Shown piece after piece: positions 17,458 through 26,163 of a stretch of DNA of 58,610 nucleotides (positions within the stretch are counted from its first letter, which is position 1; the number at the start of each line of letters is the position of its first letter). Position numbers and translations under genes: made by a program. The stretch lies in the NCBI GenBank assembly GCA_964646485.1, contig CAZYEA010000001.1, positions 1 to 58,610 on the forward strand, written 5' to 3'. The notes beneath the pieces were generated by a model that was not told where the DNA came from, made no database searches, and saw nothing but the letters and a program-made list of their open reading frames with translations. Source of the DNA: an uncultured Acidobacteriota bacterium. GTDB lineage: Bacteria > Acidobacteriota > Vicinamibacteria > Fen-336 > JAGNNV01.

Positions 17458-18906
17458 ATGACCCTCGAAAGCGCAGGCGTCTCCACCCGAGACGGCGTCT
17501 TCATCGGCGGGGCGTGGGTTGCTTCCACCGGAGTGGAGCGCATAGAGGTCATCAACCCGTCCACCGAGGCGTCCCTCGGTTCGGTTCCGAAGGGCACCCC
17601 TGAAGATGTCGACCGCGCGGTCGCGGCCGCGCGCGCGGCCTTCCCGGAATGGTCCGCGACCAGCCTGTCCCGCCGGATCGAGATCCTGAACGCGATCGCG
17701 AAGGGCCTCGCCGCGCGGCGAGTGGAGATCGGAGATCTGATCGCCTCGGAGATGGGCATGCCTCTCAAGTTGGCGAGGATGATCCAGGCCGGACTGCCCC
17801 CGACGCATTTCGAGAACAACGCGCGGCTCCTCGCCGCCTTCCCCTTCGTTCATGACGAAGGTTCCACCCGCATCGTGAGCGAGCCGGTGGGGGTCTGCGG
17901 GCTCATCACCCCCTGGAACTTCCCCCTTCACCAGATCGCGGGCAAAGTGGCGCCCGCCCTTGCCGCCGGCTGCACGCTGGTGCTCAAGCCGAGCGAAGTG
18001 GCCCCGCTCAACGCGATCGCGCTGGCCGAAGTGGTGGAGGCGTCGGGGCTGCCGGCAGGCGTCTTCAATCTGGTGCACGGATCCGGTCCGGTGGTGGGCG
18101 AGGCCATGGCCGCCCATCCCGGCATCGACATGATCTCGTTCACCGGATCAACCCGGGCCGGGATCTCCGTGTCGCGCGCCGCCGCGGGCTCGGTGAAGCG
18201 GGTGACCCTGGAGCTCGGCGGCAAGTCCGCGAACATCATCCTCGACCACCCTGACCTGCCCCGCGCGGTGCGGGCCGGCGTCAACGATTGCTTCGTCAAC
18301 AGCGGCCAGGCCTGCAATGCGCCCACCCGCATGCTGGTGCCCTCGTCGAGGTACCAGGAGGCGGTCGAGATCGCGAGGCGGGTCGCCCGCGAGGTGCGGG
18401 TGGGTGATCCTTTCGAAATCGGCGTCACCATGGGTCCCCTGGTGAGCGCCGCCCAGTTCGAGCGGGTGCAGGCATACATAAGGAACGGCATCGGGGAGGG
18501 AGCCGAACTCGTCGAAGGCGGCCTCGGACGTCCGGAGGGGATCTCCCGGGGCTTCTTCGCGCGGCCCACGGTTTTTGCCGGGGTCCGCAACGGCATGACG
18601 ATCGCTCGCGAGGAGATCTTCGGTCCCGTCCTGTGCCTCTTGCCCTTCGAGAACGAAGACGACGCGGTCCGAATCGCCAACGAAAGCGACTATGGCCTCG
18701 CCGCCTATGTGTCGGGCCCTCCGGAGATCGCGGGAGCGATCGCGGCCCGGCTGCGGGTGGGACAGGTCACCTTGAACCGGGCCCGCTTCGACGCCATGGC
18801 CCCCTTCGGCGGCTACAAGCAGTCGGGGAACGGTCGCGAGTTCGGTGAATGGGGGCTGCGCGAGTTCCTCGAGACCAAGGCCATCATCGGTTTCGGCAGC
18901 GCGTGA
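17458..18906 (+). CDS. NAD(P)+-dependent aldehyde dehydrogenase
   Basis: Trimmed to ATG 17458 (4 nt after the upstream stop); 'ITPWNFPL', '[10 protein letters not shown]', '[13 protein letters not shown]' (catalytic Cys), 'EEIFGPVL'. Confidence 0.9.
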   Translation: MTLESAGVSTRDGVFIGGAWVASTGVERIEVINPSTEASLGSVPKGTPEDVDRAVAAARAAFPEWSATSLSRRIEILNAIAKGLAARRVEIGDLIASEMGMPLKLARMIQAGLPPTHFENNARLLAAFPFVHDEGSTRIVSEPVGVCGLITPWNFPLHQIAGKVAPALAAGCTLVLKPSEVAPLNAIALAEVVEASGLPAGVFNLVHGSGPVVGEAMAAHPGIDMISFTGSTRAGISVSRAAAGSVKRVTLELGGKSANIILDHPDLPRAVRAGVNDCFVNSGQACNAPTRMLVPSSRYQEAVEIARRVAREVRVGDPFEIGVTMGPLVSAAQFERVQAYIRNGIGEGAELVEGGLGRPEGISRGFFARPTVFAGVRNGMTIAREEIFGPVLCLLPFENEDDAVRIANESDYGLAAYVSGPPEIAGAIAARLRVGQVTLNRARFDAMAPFGGYKQSGNGREFGEWGLREFLETKAIIGFGSA

Positions 18907-19060
18907 GGCAGGAGAGCCATCAGGCATCCGAGGTAAAATTCGCATCCTCATGCCAGCGCCTCGTGCTCGATCGCATCGTGGAGGCTCCTGGGGTGGTCGG
19001 TGGCCCTGGCCCGCGCAGTTCGCGGTCAGGCGATCTGCGGAACGAACTTAAGGAGAGGTC

Positions 19061-21541
19061 ATGTCGATAGGGTCCAGTTCCACAGAACCGACCGGTGTGC
19101 GCGCCGGGGCGTCGCCCGCGGGCGCCAAAACCGCTCCGAGGCCCTGGTATCGCAAGTTTCGCTCCCTGGTCGTGGGCCTGCTGGCGGTGGTCGCCCTCAC
19201 CATGGTGGTGGCGAACCTGATCGATCGCATCGGTTGGAAGTTCTTCCACACCGGCGAAGGTCTGACCCTGACCCTCAAGGACCTCGCCTCACGCCTCGCG
19301 GCCCGCGACACTTCCGCCCTCGAAAAGTTCTATGCCGCCGACTATCGCGCCGCGCCGCTCGGGATCACCGGCCTGAGGGTGGCCGAGGAGAAGGACGGGG
19401 TGCGCACCTACCCGTTCCGCTCGACCGGTCCTGCCGTCGATCGTGCCGCCGCCGTGGCCGAGTGGCAGGACTACCTCGCGGGGTTCGACAACATCGAGGA
19501 GGCTCATCTTTATGTGCACCGCCTCGAGTCCTGGGGCAGTGCGACGGAGCTCGTGGCCAGCGTCCGCTTCGAGCTGATCGGCACGCCCAAAGGAGAAGCG
19601 CGTTCAGGCATCGATCGCGGCTTCTTCCGCTTCAAGCTTCGGGCTACGCCCACGGGCACCCAGATCACGTCGGCGCAGCTGATCGAGGGCAATCGCATCG
19701 TCGCCGCCGTGCCCCAGTTCACAGACGTCGCGGCGAAAGCCGGCGTCGACTTCATGAACCGCTACTACCCGGCGTACCTGCCGGAGAATCGCGACACCCC
19801 GCTTGCCTTCGGGATGCTCAAGTACGGCCCGGGAGGGATCACGGCGGTCGACTACGACAACGACGGGTTCTACGACATCTTCGTTCCCGACGGGGTGGAG
19901 GCGCGTCTGTTCCGCAACCGTCGCGACGGCACGTTTGAGGATGTGACCGCGAAGTCCGGGCTGGCCGGTCTCGACGGGGTGGGGGTCGGAGTCTTCGCCG
20001 ACTACGACAACGATGGCTACAAGGACGCCTTCATCAGCCGCACCTTCAAGCCCAACCAGATCTGGCACAACAACGGGGATGGCACCTTCAGCGATGTGAC
20101 CAAGAAGTCGGGGATCGGCGAGGACTGTTGCACCACCGTCGCCTCCTGGGGCGACATCGACAATGATGGCCTGCTCGACCTCTACGTCGGGCGGTACCTC
20201 GAGCCGCGCAAGAACATCCCCACCACGTTCTATGCGAGGAACGGCGAGCCGAACCAGTTGTACCGCAACAACGGAGACGGCACCTTCACGAACATCACGG
20301 AGAAGGCCGGGGTGGGGGAGATCGGGCTGTGCCTGGGCACGGTGTTCGGCGACTACAACGAGGACGGTTATGCCGACCTCTACGTGTCCAACGATTTCGG
20401 CCGCAAGACTCTCTATCGCAACAACCGCAACGGCACCTTCACCGATGTCACGGTCGAGACCGGCACCCTGGCCTACGGCGCCGGCATGAATGCCACCTTC
20501 GGCGACTACGACAACGACGGCCACCTGGACCTCTACGCCACCCAGATCCGTTCCGAAGAGGCGTGGTTCGCGGAGTGGCCCACCGTGGCTCGCTACATGG
20601 TGAACAGCTGGCGGCAGGGGGTGTGGATGAGCGACATGCCGCTCTACTTCCAGATCTTCCAGCAGTCGGGCTTTCAGTTCGTCAAGGTCTTCCAGGACAT
20701 GGCCTCGGGGAATACCCTGCTCCGCAACAAAGGCGATGGCACCTTCGAAGACGCGACCTGGGATGCGGCGGCGAACCCGCCCGGCTGGTTCTGGGGCGCG
20801 GGCCTCGCGGATTTCGACAACGACGGCTGGCAGGATATCTACGCCGCCAACGGCTGGGTCTACAACGACAAGGGAACCGAGATCGAGCTTCAGTTCCTCA
20901 ACAACGTGGTGACCAAGCAGAACGAGTACAAGACCGGCGCCTTCTTCAATCCCAAGAACTTCGGCGCCATGTCCTGGCACGGGTGGGAACGCAACCGACA
21001 CCTCCGGTCCACCGGCAAGGGAGCAGACGGCCGGATCCGCTTCGAGGAAATCGGGCACGCGGCCGGCTCCGATCTCCTCCTCAACTCCCGGGGCGTAGCC
21101 CTCGCGGACTTCTGGAATCGCGGCGCCCTCGACATCGCGGTGGCCGCGTCCACGGATCGACATGCGCTGCTGCGGAACGACGTGGGCCTGAAGCACAACT
21201 GGTTCGCGGTTGAGTTGACGGGTGCTGCGGGCAAGCTCCCCAAGGGCTCGAATCGCGACGCTGTGGGCGCCCGGGTGATCATCGTCCGCGGCGGCCAGCA
21301 GCAGATGAGGGAAGTGGTGCTCGGGGACGGATACGCCTCGCAGAATTCCCTGAGGCTCTACTTCGGGCTCGGCGGTGAGAAGGCGGAAGGTTCGGCGCCT
21401 CCGATCATCGACGAAGTGATCGTGAAATGGCCGCGCTCTGGTTCGGTCCAGCGCTTCAAGGCGGTCCCCTCCAACCAGATCATCGCTATCGAAGAAGGGC
21501 GCGATGCCTTCGAGACGAAGGCGTACGGGAGCAAGGAGTGA
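19061..21541 (+). CDS. membrane-anchored CRTAC1-family protein (FG-GAP/VCBS repeats plus ASPIC/UnbV C-terminal domain)
   Basis: 826 aa; N-terminal TM helix 'LVVGLLAVVALTMVVANLI'; at least 6 'D(Y/F)DNDG(x)xD(l)(y/f)' repeats; 'SNRDAVGARV...GDGYASQNS...FGLG' ASPIC block; AAGGAGAGG Shine-Dalgarno. Confidence 0.85.
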   Translation: MSIGSSSTEPTGVRAGASPAGAKTAPRPWYRKFRSLVVGLLAVVALTMVVANLIDRIGWKFFHTGEGLTLTLKDLASRLAARDTSALEKFYAADYRAAPLGITGLRVAEEKDGVRTYPFRSTGPAVDRAAAVAEWQDYLAGFDNIEEAHLYVHRLESWGSATELVASVRFELIGTPKGEARSGIDRGFFRFKLRATPTGTQITSAQLIEGNRIVAAVPQFTDVAAKAGVDFMNRYYPAYLPENRDTPLAFGMLKYGPGGITAVDYDNDGFYDIFVPDGVEARLFRNRRDGTFEDVTAKSGLAGLDGVGVGVFADYDNDGYKDAFISRTFKPNQIWHNNGDGTFSDVTKKSGIGEDCCTTVASWGDIDNDGLLDLYVGRYLEPRKNIPTTFYARNGEPNQLYRNNGDGTFTNITEKAGVGEIGLCLGTVFGDYNEDGYADLYVSNDFGRKTLYRNNRNGTFTDVTVETGTLAYGAGMNATFGDYDNDGHLDLYATQIRSEEAWFAEWPTVARYMVNSWRQGVWMSDMPLYFQIFQQSGFQFVKVFQDMASGNTLLRNKGDGTFEDATWDAAANPPGWFWGAGLADFDNDGWQDIYAANGWVYNDKGTEIELQFLNNVVTKQNEYKTGAFFNPKNFGAMSWHGWERNRHLRSTGKGADGRIRFEEIGHAAGSDLLLNSRGVALADFWNRGALDIAVAASTDRHALLRNDVGLKHNWFAVELTGAAGKLPKGSNRDAVGARVIIVRGGQQQMREVVLGDGYASQNSLRLYFGLGGEKAEGSAPPIIDEVIVKWPRSGSVQRFKAVPSNQIIAIEEGRDAFETKAYGSKE

Positions 21542-23370
21542 GGCGCGCCACCCTGCTGGCGGCTGCCCTGGCCGCGGCCTCGGGATCGGCGCCCGACTGG
21601 GCGCGGGCCCAGGAGCCGGCGGTCAAAGGCGCCAAGGACCCCGGGCCGGCCGCCTGGTTCGAGGACCGGACCGCGGCGGCGGGGGTGAGCCGTCCTCACG
21701 TCACCCGCGAGTTCAAGAACCCCTACGCCAAGGTGATGCAGGGCTACACCGCACTCGGGGCCGCGGCCGCCGTAGGCGACTTCGACAACGACGGCTTCGA
21801 TGACGTGTTCTTCACCGTATCGAACGATGGCGGGCAGAACCGGTTGTACCGCAACAATGGCGACTTCACCTTCACGGAGATGGCCGCCGAAGCCGGGGTT
21901 GCCTCCGGTAACGACGCCAACAACGCGTCCGCGGATGCGCTCTGGTTCGACTTCGACAACGACGGCGATCAGGACCTGCTGGTCGTGCGCTTCGGTCAGA
22001 ACCTGCTCTACCGGAACGACGGCCCCGATGCCAAGGGGGTGGTGCGTTTCGTCGACGTCACCGCCAAGGCGGGAATGCTCCGCTACTTGAACTGCATCAC
22101 GTCCATCGCTTTCGACTACGACCGTGACGGGGATCTCGACTTGTTCCTCGGCAATTACTTCGCGCCGGTGAGCCTGTTCAATCCGGACACCCCCCGCTTC
22201 TTTCCCGAGAGCTTCGAGACCGCGCGGAACGGGGGCGGACTCACGGTGTTCCGGAACAACGGCGACGGCACCTTCACTGACGTGACCGAAGCGGCCGGAA
22301 TCAAGAACACGGGCTGGTCGCTCGACCTCGGGCACGCGGACGCCGATCTCGATGGCGACGAGGATCTATATGTGGCCGCGGATTTCGGCACCGACGCCTT
22401 CTATCGCAACAACGGCGATGGAACCTTCACCGACATCAGCAAGGAGGCGATCGGGGTCGACACCAAGAAAGGCATGAACGTCGACTGGGGCGATTTCGAC
22501 AACGACGGCCTGTTCGACGTCTTTGTCACCAACATCACCGACGAATACATGAAGGAGGGCAACTTCCTGTGGAAGAACCTCGGCAACCTGCATTTCGCCG
22601 ACGTGGCCAGGGAGACCGGCACCTTCGCCACCGGCTGGGGCTGGGCCGGGAAGTTCTTCGACTACGACAACGACGGCTGGCTCGACCTCTACGTGGTGAA
22701 CGGCTGGGTGTCCCAGTCCGCTGACCCGAAGGACAACTACGTCCTCGACATCTTCAAGGTGATCGTCGATCCCAAGATCGACCTGGCCGACGCTCGCAAC
22801 TGGCCGCCCATGGGCAACAAGACTCTCTCGGGCTTCCAGCGCAAGAGCCTGTTCCACAACCTCGGCGGCACGTTCAAGGACGAGGCGAAACGCCACGGGG
22901 TGGACACCCTCGAGGATGCGCGGGGCATCGCGGTCGCGGATTTCGACAACGATGGGCGTCTGGACATGTTCGTGACCAATTCCGGCAAGTCGCCCTACCT
23001 GTGGCGCAACGTTCAACCCACCACGAACCACTGGCTGCAGATTCAGCTGACCGGGGCCAGGAGCAATCGCGACGCGATCGGCGCGCGTATTCAGGCCCGC
23101 GTCGGCGATCGCACCCTGATCACCTTCGTCAACGGCGGCAACGGATTCGCGAGCCAGTCCACCCACCGCCTGCACTTCGGCCTGGGCCAGGCGACCCGGG
23201 TCGACCATCTCGAAGTGACGTGGCCCTCGGGGCGAAAGCAGGCCTTCGATAACGTTGGGGTGGATCGCATTCTTCGGCTGAAGGAGGGCGAGCCGACCCT
23301 GCAGCCCTTCTCGGCTGTCCCGAAAGCGGGCGCTGCCAAACCCGTCCCTTCCCGCGCACCCGTCAAGTGA
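21538..23370 (+). CDS. secreted CRTAC1-family protein (FG-GAP/VCBS plus ASPIC/UnbV)
   Basis: GTG 21538 overlaps the upstream TGA (GTGA); signal peptide 'RRATLLAAALAAASG'; repeated 'FDNDGxxD' units; 'SNRDAIGARI...GGNGFASQS...FGLG'. Confidence 0.85.
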   Translation: MRRATLLAAALAAASGSAPDWARAQEPAVKGAKDPGPAAWFEDRTAAAGVSRPHVTREFKNPYAKVMQGYTALGAAAAVGDFDNDGFDDVFFTVSNDGGQNRLYRNNGDFTFTEMAAEAGVASGNDANNASADALWFDFDNDGDQDLLVVRFGQNLLYRNDGPDAKGVVRFVDVTAKAGMLRYLNCITSIAFDYDRDGDLDLFLGNYFAPVSLFNPDTPRFFPESFETARNGGGLTVFRNNGDGTFTDVTEAAGIKNTGWSLDLGHADADLDGDEDLYVAADFGTDAFYRNNGDGTFTDISKEAIGVDTKKGMNVDWGDFDNDGLFDVFVTNITDEYMKEGNFLWKNLGNLHFADVARETGTFATGWGWAGKFFDYDNDGWLDLYVVNGWVSQSADPKDNYVLDIFKVIVDPKIDLADARNWPPMGNKTLSGFQRKSLFHNLGGTFKDEAKRHGVDTLEDARGIAVADFDNDGRLDMFVTNSGKSPYLWRNVQPTTNHWLQIQLTGARSNRDAIGARIQARVGDRTLITFVNGGNGFASQSTHRLHFGLGQATRVDHLEVTWPSGRKQAFDNVGVDRILRLKEGEPTLQPFSAVPKAGAAKPVPSRAPVK

Positions 23371-24233
23371 GAATCATGCTCAAGACCCTGAAATTCCCGA
23401 AGCCGTTCCTTCCCTCCGGTGGGCGAAGCCCCTGGACTGCCGTCCTGGCGGTCGTAGCCGTCCTTGGCTGCTTCTCGCTCGAGGCCGCGGCCGCCGATGC
23501 CAAGGGGCTGTACGCCCAGGGGCTTCAGGCCCTGGCCGCCCGCGACTGGAAGGTTGCGGTCGACACTCTGGAGGCGGCCACCGCGGCCGCACCCGACGAC
23601 CTCGTGATCGGGGCGGACTATCGACAGGCGGTGATCGGCGCCGCCGCGGCGGAGAAGGGCCTCGAGCCCTACAACCGGTGCCTCGCCTTCTTCCAGAAGC
23701 TCGTCACCGATCACCCGCGTTCGGCCAATGCCTACTTGAACCTCGGCTTCGCCCACGTCGACAAGATTCCGGCGGAGGGCGCCATCACCCAGGTGCTGCT
23801 CGCCAACAGCGCCCTCGGCCATTTCGGCAAGGCCCTCGAACTGGAGGAGAGCTGGCTCGGCTACTACTCGCGGGGCCATGCCTACTTGTTCTGGCCCCCG
23901 ATCTTCGGGCGCGTGGCCTCGGGTATCGCCGACCTCGAGAAGGCGGTCGAGATCAGCCGCAAGAAAGGCGACCGTCAGCCGTACTACGGCCGCGCCTGGG
24001 CCGCCCTGGGTGACGGCTACTGGCGCCAGGACAATCTCGATCGGGCCCGCGAAATCTGGAAAGAGGGGCTCGCCGCGTTTCCGGATGACCAGGAGTTGAA
24101 GGCGCGCCTTTCCCGCACCGACCGGGCGGAGCTCGACGCCTTCTTGAACGTCCACTACGACACCACGGCGCGGGTGGCCACGAATCTGAACGAGGTCTTC
24201 GGTGACCGACTTGCTACTGTCCGGTCGAAGTGA
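23367..24233 (+). CDS. secreted TPR-like repeat protein
   Basis: GTG 23367 overlaps the upstream TGA (ATG 23376 is an alternative); hydrophobic signal segment, then helical Ala/Leu-rich repeats ('AKGLYAQGLQALAARDWKVAV','ANAYLNLGFAH','GRAWAALGDGYWRQDNLDRAREIW'). Confidence 0.6.
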   Translation: MRIMLKTLKFPKPFLPSGGRSPWTAVLAVVAVLGCFSLEAAAADAKGLYAQGLQALAARDWKVAVDTLEAATAAAPDDLVIGADYRQAVIGAAAAEKGLEPYNRCLAFFQKLVTDHPRSANAYLNLGFAHVDKIPAEGAITQVLLANSALGHFGKALELEESWLGYYSRGHAYLFWPPIFGRVASGIADLEKAVEISRKKGDRQPYYGRAWAALGDGYWRQDNLDRAREIWKEGLAAFPDDQELKARLSRTDRAELDAFLNVHYDTTARVATNLNEVFGDRLATVRSK

Positions 24234-24255
24234 CCGGTTTGAGCCCGACTCCGCC

Positions 24256-26163
24256 ATGCCCGAACTGAACCGAGGACCAAGGCGAGGCGCAGGCCGCCGC
24301 TGCCTTCTCTCCACCCTGCTCGTTTGCTCCCTGGCCGGGGCCGCGGCCGCCGTACCGCTTGCAGCCGCCAATTCCGGGACCCCTCAGGGCGCGCCTCAAA
24401 CCCCGACTCCTGCGACGGCCGCGCCCGTCATTCGCTTCCAGGAGATTGCCGAACGGGCGGGCGTGCGTTTCGTGCAGACCCCGAGGCGCTTCCACGATCG
24501 ACACAAGGCCCAGGTGCTCGAGATGTTCACCGACGGCGGCGCCGCGGTGGCGGTGGGGGATTATGACGGCGACGGCGATGACGACCTCTTCATGACGGAT
24601 TCCGACGAGGGAAAGACTCATCGACTGATGCGCAACGACGGGGTGCGGGACGGGATTCCGGTCTTCACGGACGTCACCGCGGCGGCGGGCGTGGGCGGCG
24701 GCAACGACGCGCGCTCGATCGTGGCCGACGCGCTCTGGCTCGACTACGACAACGATGGCCGTCTGGATCTGTACCTCGGCCGCTTTGGCACGCCGGTTCT
24801 CTTCCGAAACCTCGGTCCGGGGCCGAACGGCGACTGGCGTTTCGAGGACGTCTCCCAGCGCGCCGGGCTCACCGTCTTCGGGAACACCATCGGCAGCATC
24901 GCCTTCGACGCCGACAATGACGGTTTCCTGGACCTGATGCTCGCGAACTATTTCCAGCCGCTCAATCTGCTCGATCTCAAGACCACGAAGGTACTGCCCA
25001 ACAATCTCGACTATGCCACAAATGGCGGAGGCGTCACCTTCTATCGCAACGTCAAGCTTCAGGACGGCAGCCGGGGGTTCGTCGACGAGACCAAGCGGGC
25101 CGGGCTCAGCAGCCACACCGGCTGGTCGCTCGATATCGGGCACGCCGATCTCGACAACGACGGGGATCAGGACGTCTTCGTCGCAGGCGACTACGGCACC
25201 GACCGGCTGTTCCTGAATCAGGGAGTGGACGCGGAGGGCCGCGTCTCCTTCCGCGACGCCACCGAGTCGGCCATGGGGGGGCTCGACACCCGCAAGGGTA
25301 TGAATGTCGACATGGGTGACTTCGACCGCGACGGATGGCTCGACATCTACGTCACCAACATCACCGACGAATACATGAAGGAGGGCAACTTCCTCTGGCA
25401 CAACAACGGCGTCAACAAGAACGGCGTCCTCACCTTCAGCGACCTGTCGAAGGAGACCGGCACCTGTGACACCGATTGGGGTTGGGCGGCCAAGTTCGCC
25501 GACTTCGACAACGACGGCTGGGAGGACCTCTTCGTGGTCAACGGCCTGCGCTCGGGAGGCAAGATGAACTACATCCCGCTGCTCCTCGAGAACACCATCA
25601 TCAAGCCCGGCGTCGACTTCACCGACCTCGACAGCTATCCAGACATCGGCGACATGACCTGGAGCGGTTACCAGAAGAAGCGCCTCTTCCACAACCTGGG
25701 CGATGGCACCTTCAAGGAGATGGCCGAGGCCGCGGGGGTGGCGAACGACCGCGATGGTCGCGGGGTCGGGGTCGGCGACTTCAACAACGACGGCCGGCTC
25801 GACTTCTACGAAGGCAACGCCCGCCAGGCTTCGCAGCTCTACCTCAACGCCAGCGAGAACGTGGGTCATTGGGTGGAGTTGAAGCTGCAAGGAGTGAAAT
25901 CCAACCGCAACGCGATCGGGGCCCGGGTGTACGTCAGGGCGGCAGGCGAGAGCTGGCTGCGTGAAATCAACGGAGGCAACGGCTACTCCAGCCAGTCGAC
26001 CTTCCGTCTTCACTTCGGGCTCGGCGCCGTCTCCAGGATCGAAGAGGTGGAGATCCGCTGGCCCTCGGGGACCACCGAGATTCTCAAGATTCGAGACGGC
26101 AAGCCGCCCCTCCCGATCGACGCGATCAGCACGATTGTCGAGGGCAAGGGAGTGCAGCGGTGA
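24256..26163 (+). CDS. secreted CRTAC1-family protein (FG-GAP/VCBS plus ASPIC/UnbV)
   Basis: Trimmed to ATG 24256; signal peptide 'LLSTLLVCSLAGAAAA'; repeated 'DYDNDG/DFDNDG' units; 'SNRNAIGARV...GGNGYSSQS...FGLG'. Confidence 0.85.
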   Translation: MPELNRGPRRGAGRRCLLSTLLVCSLAGAAAAVPLAAANSGTPQGAPQTPTPATAAPVIRFQEIAERAGVRFVQTPRRFHDRHKAQVLEMFTDGGAAVAVGDYDGDGDDDLFMTDSDEGKTHRLMRNDGVRDGIPVFTDVTAAAGVGGGNDARSIVADALWLDYDNDGRLDLYLGRFGTPVLFRNLGPGPNGDWRFEDVSQRAGLTVFGNTIGSIAFDADNDGFLDLMLANYFQPLNLLDLKTTKVLPNNLDYATNGGGVTFYRNVKLQDGSRGFVDETKRAGLSSHTGWSLDIGHADLDNDGDQDVFVAGDYGTDRLFLNQGVDAEGRVSFRDATESAMGGLDTRKGMNVDMGDFDRDGWLDIYVTNITDEYMKEGNFLWHNNGVNKNGVLTFSDLSKETGTCDTDWGWAAKFADFDNDGWEDLFVVNGLRSGGKMNYIPLLLENTIIKPGVDFTDLDSYPDIGDMTWSGYQKKRLFHNLGDGTFKEMAEAAGVANDRDGRGVGVGDFNNDGRLDFYEGNARQASQLYLNASENVGHWVELKLQGVKSNRNAIGARVYVRAAGESWLREINGGNGYSSQSTFRLHFGLGAVSRIEEVEIRWPSGTTEILKIRDGKPPLPIDAISTIVEGKGVQR

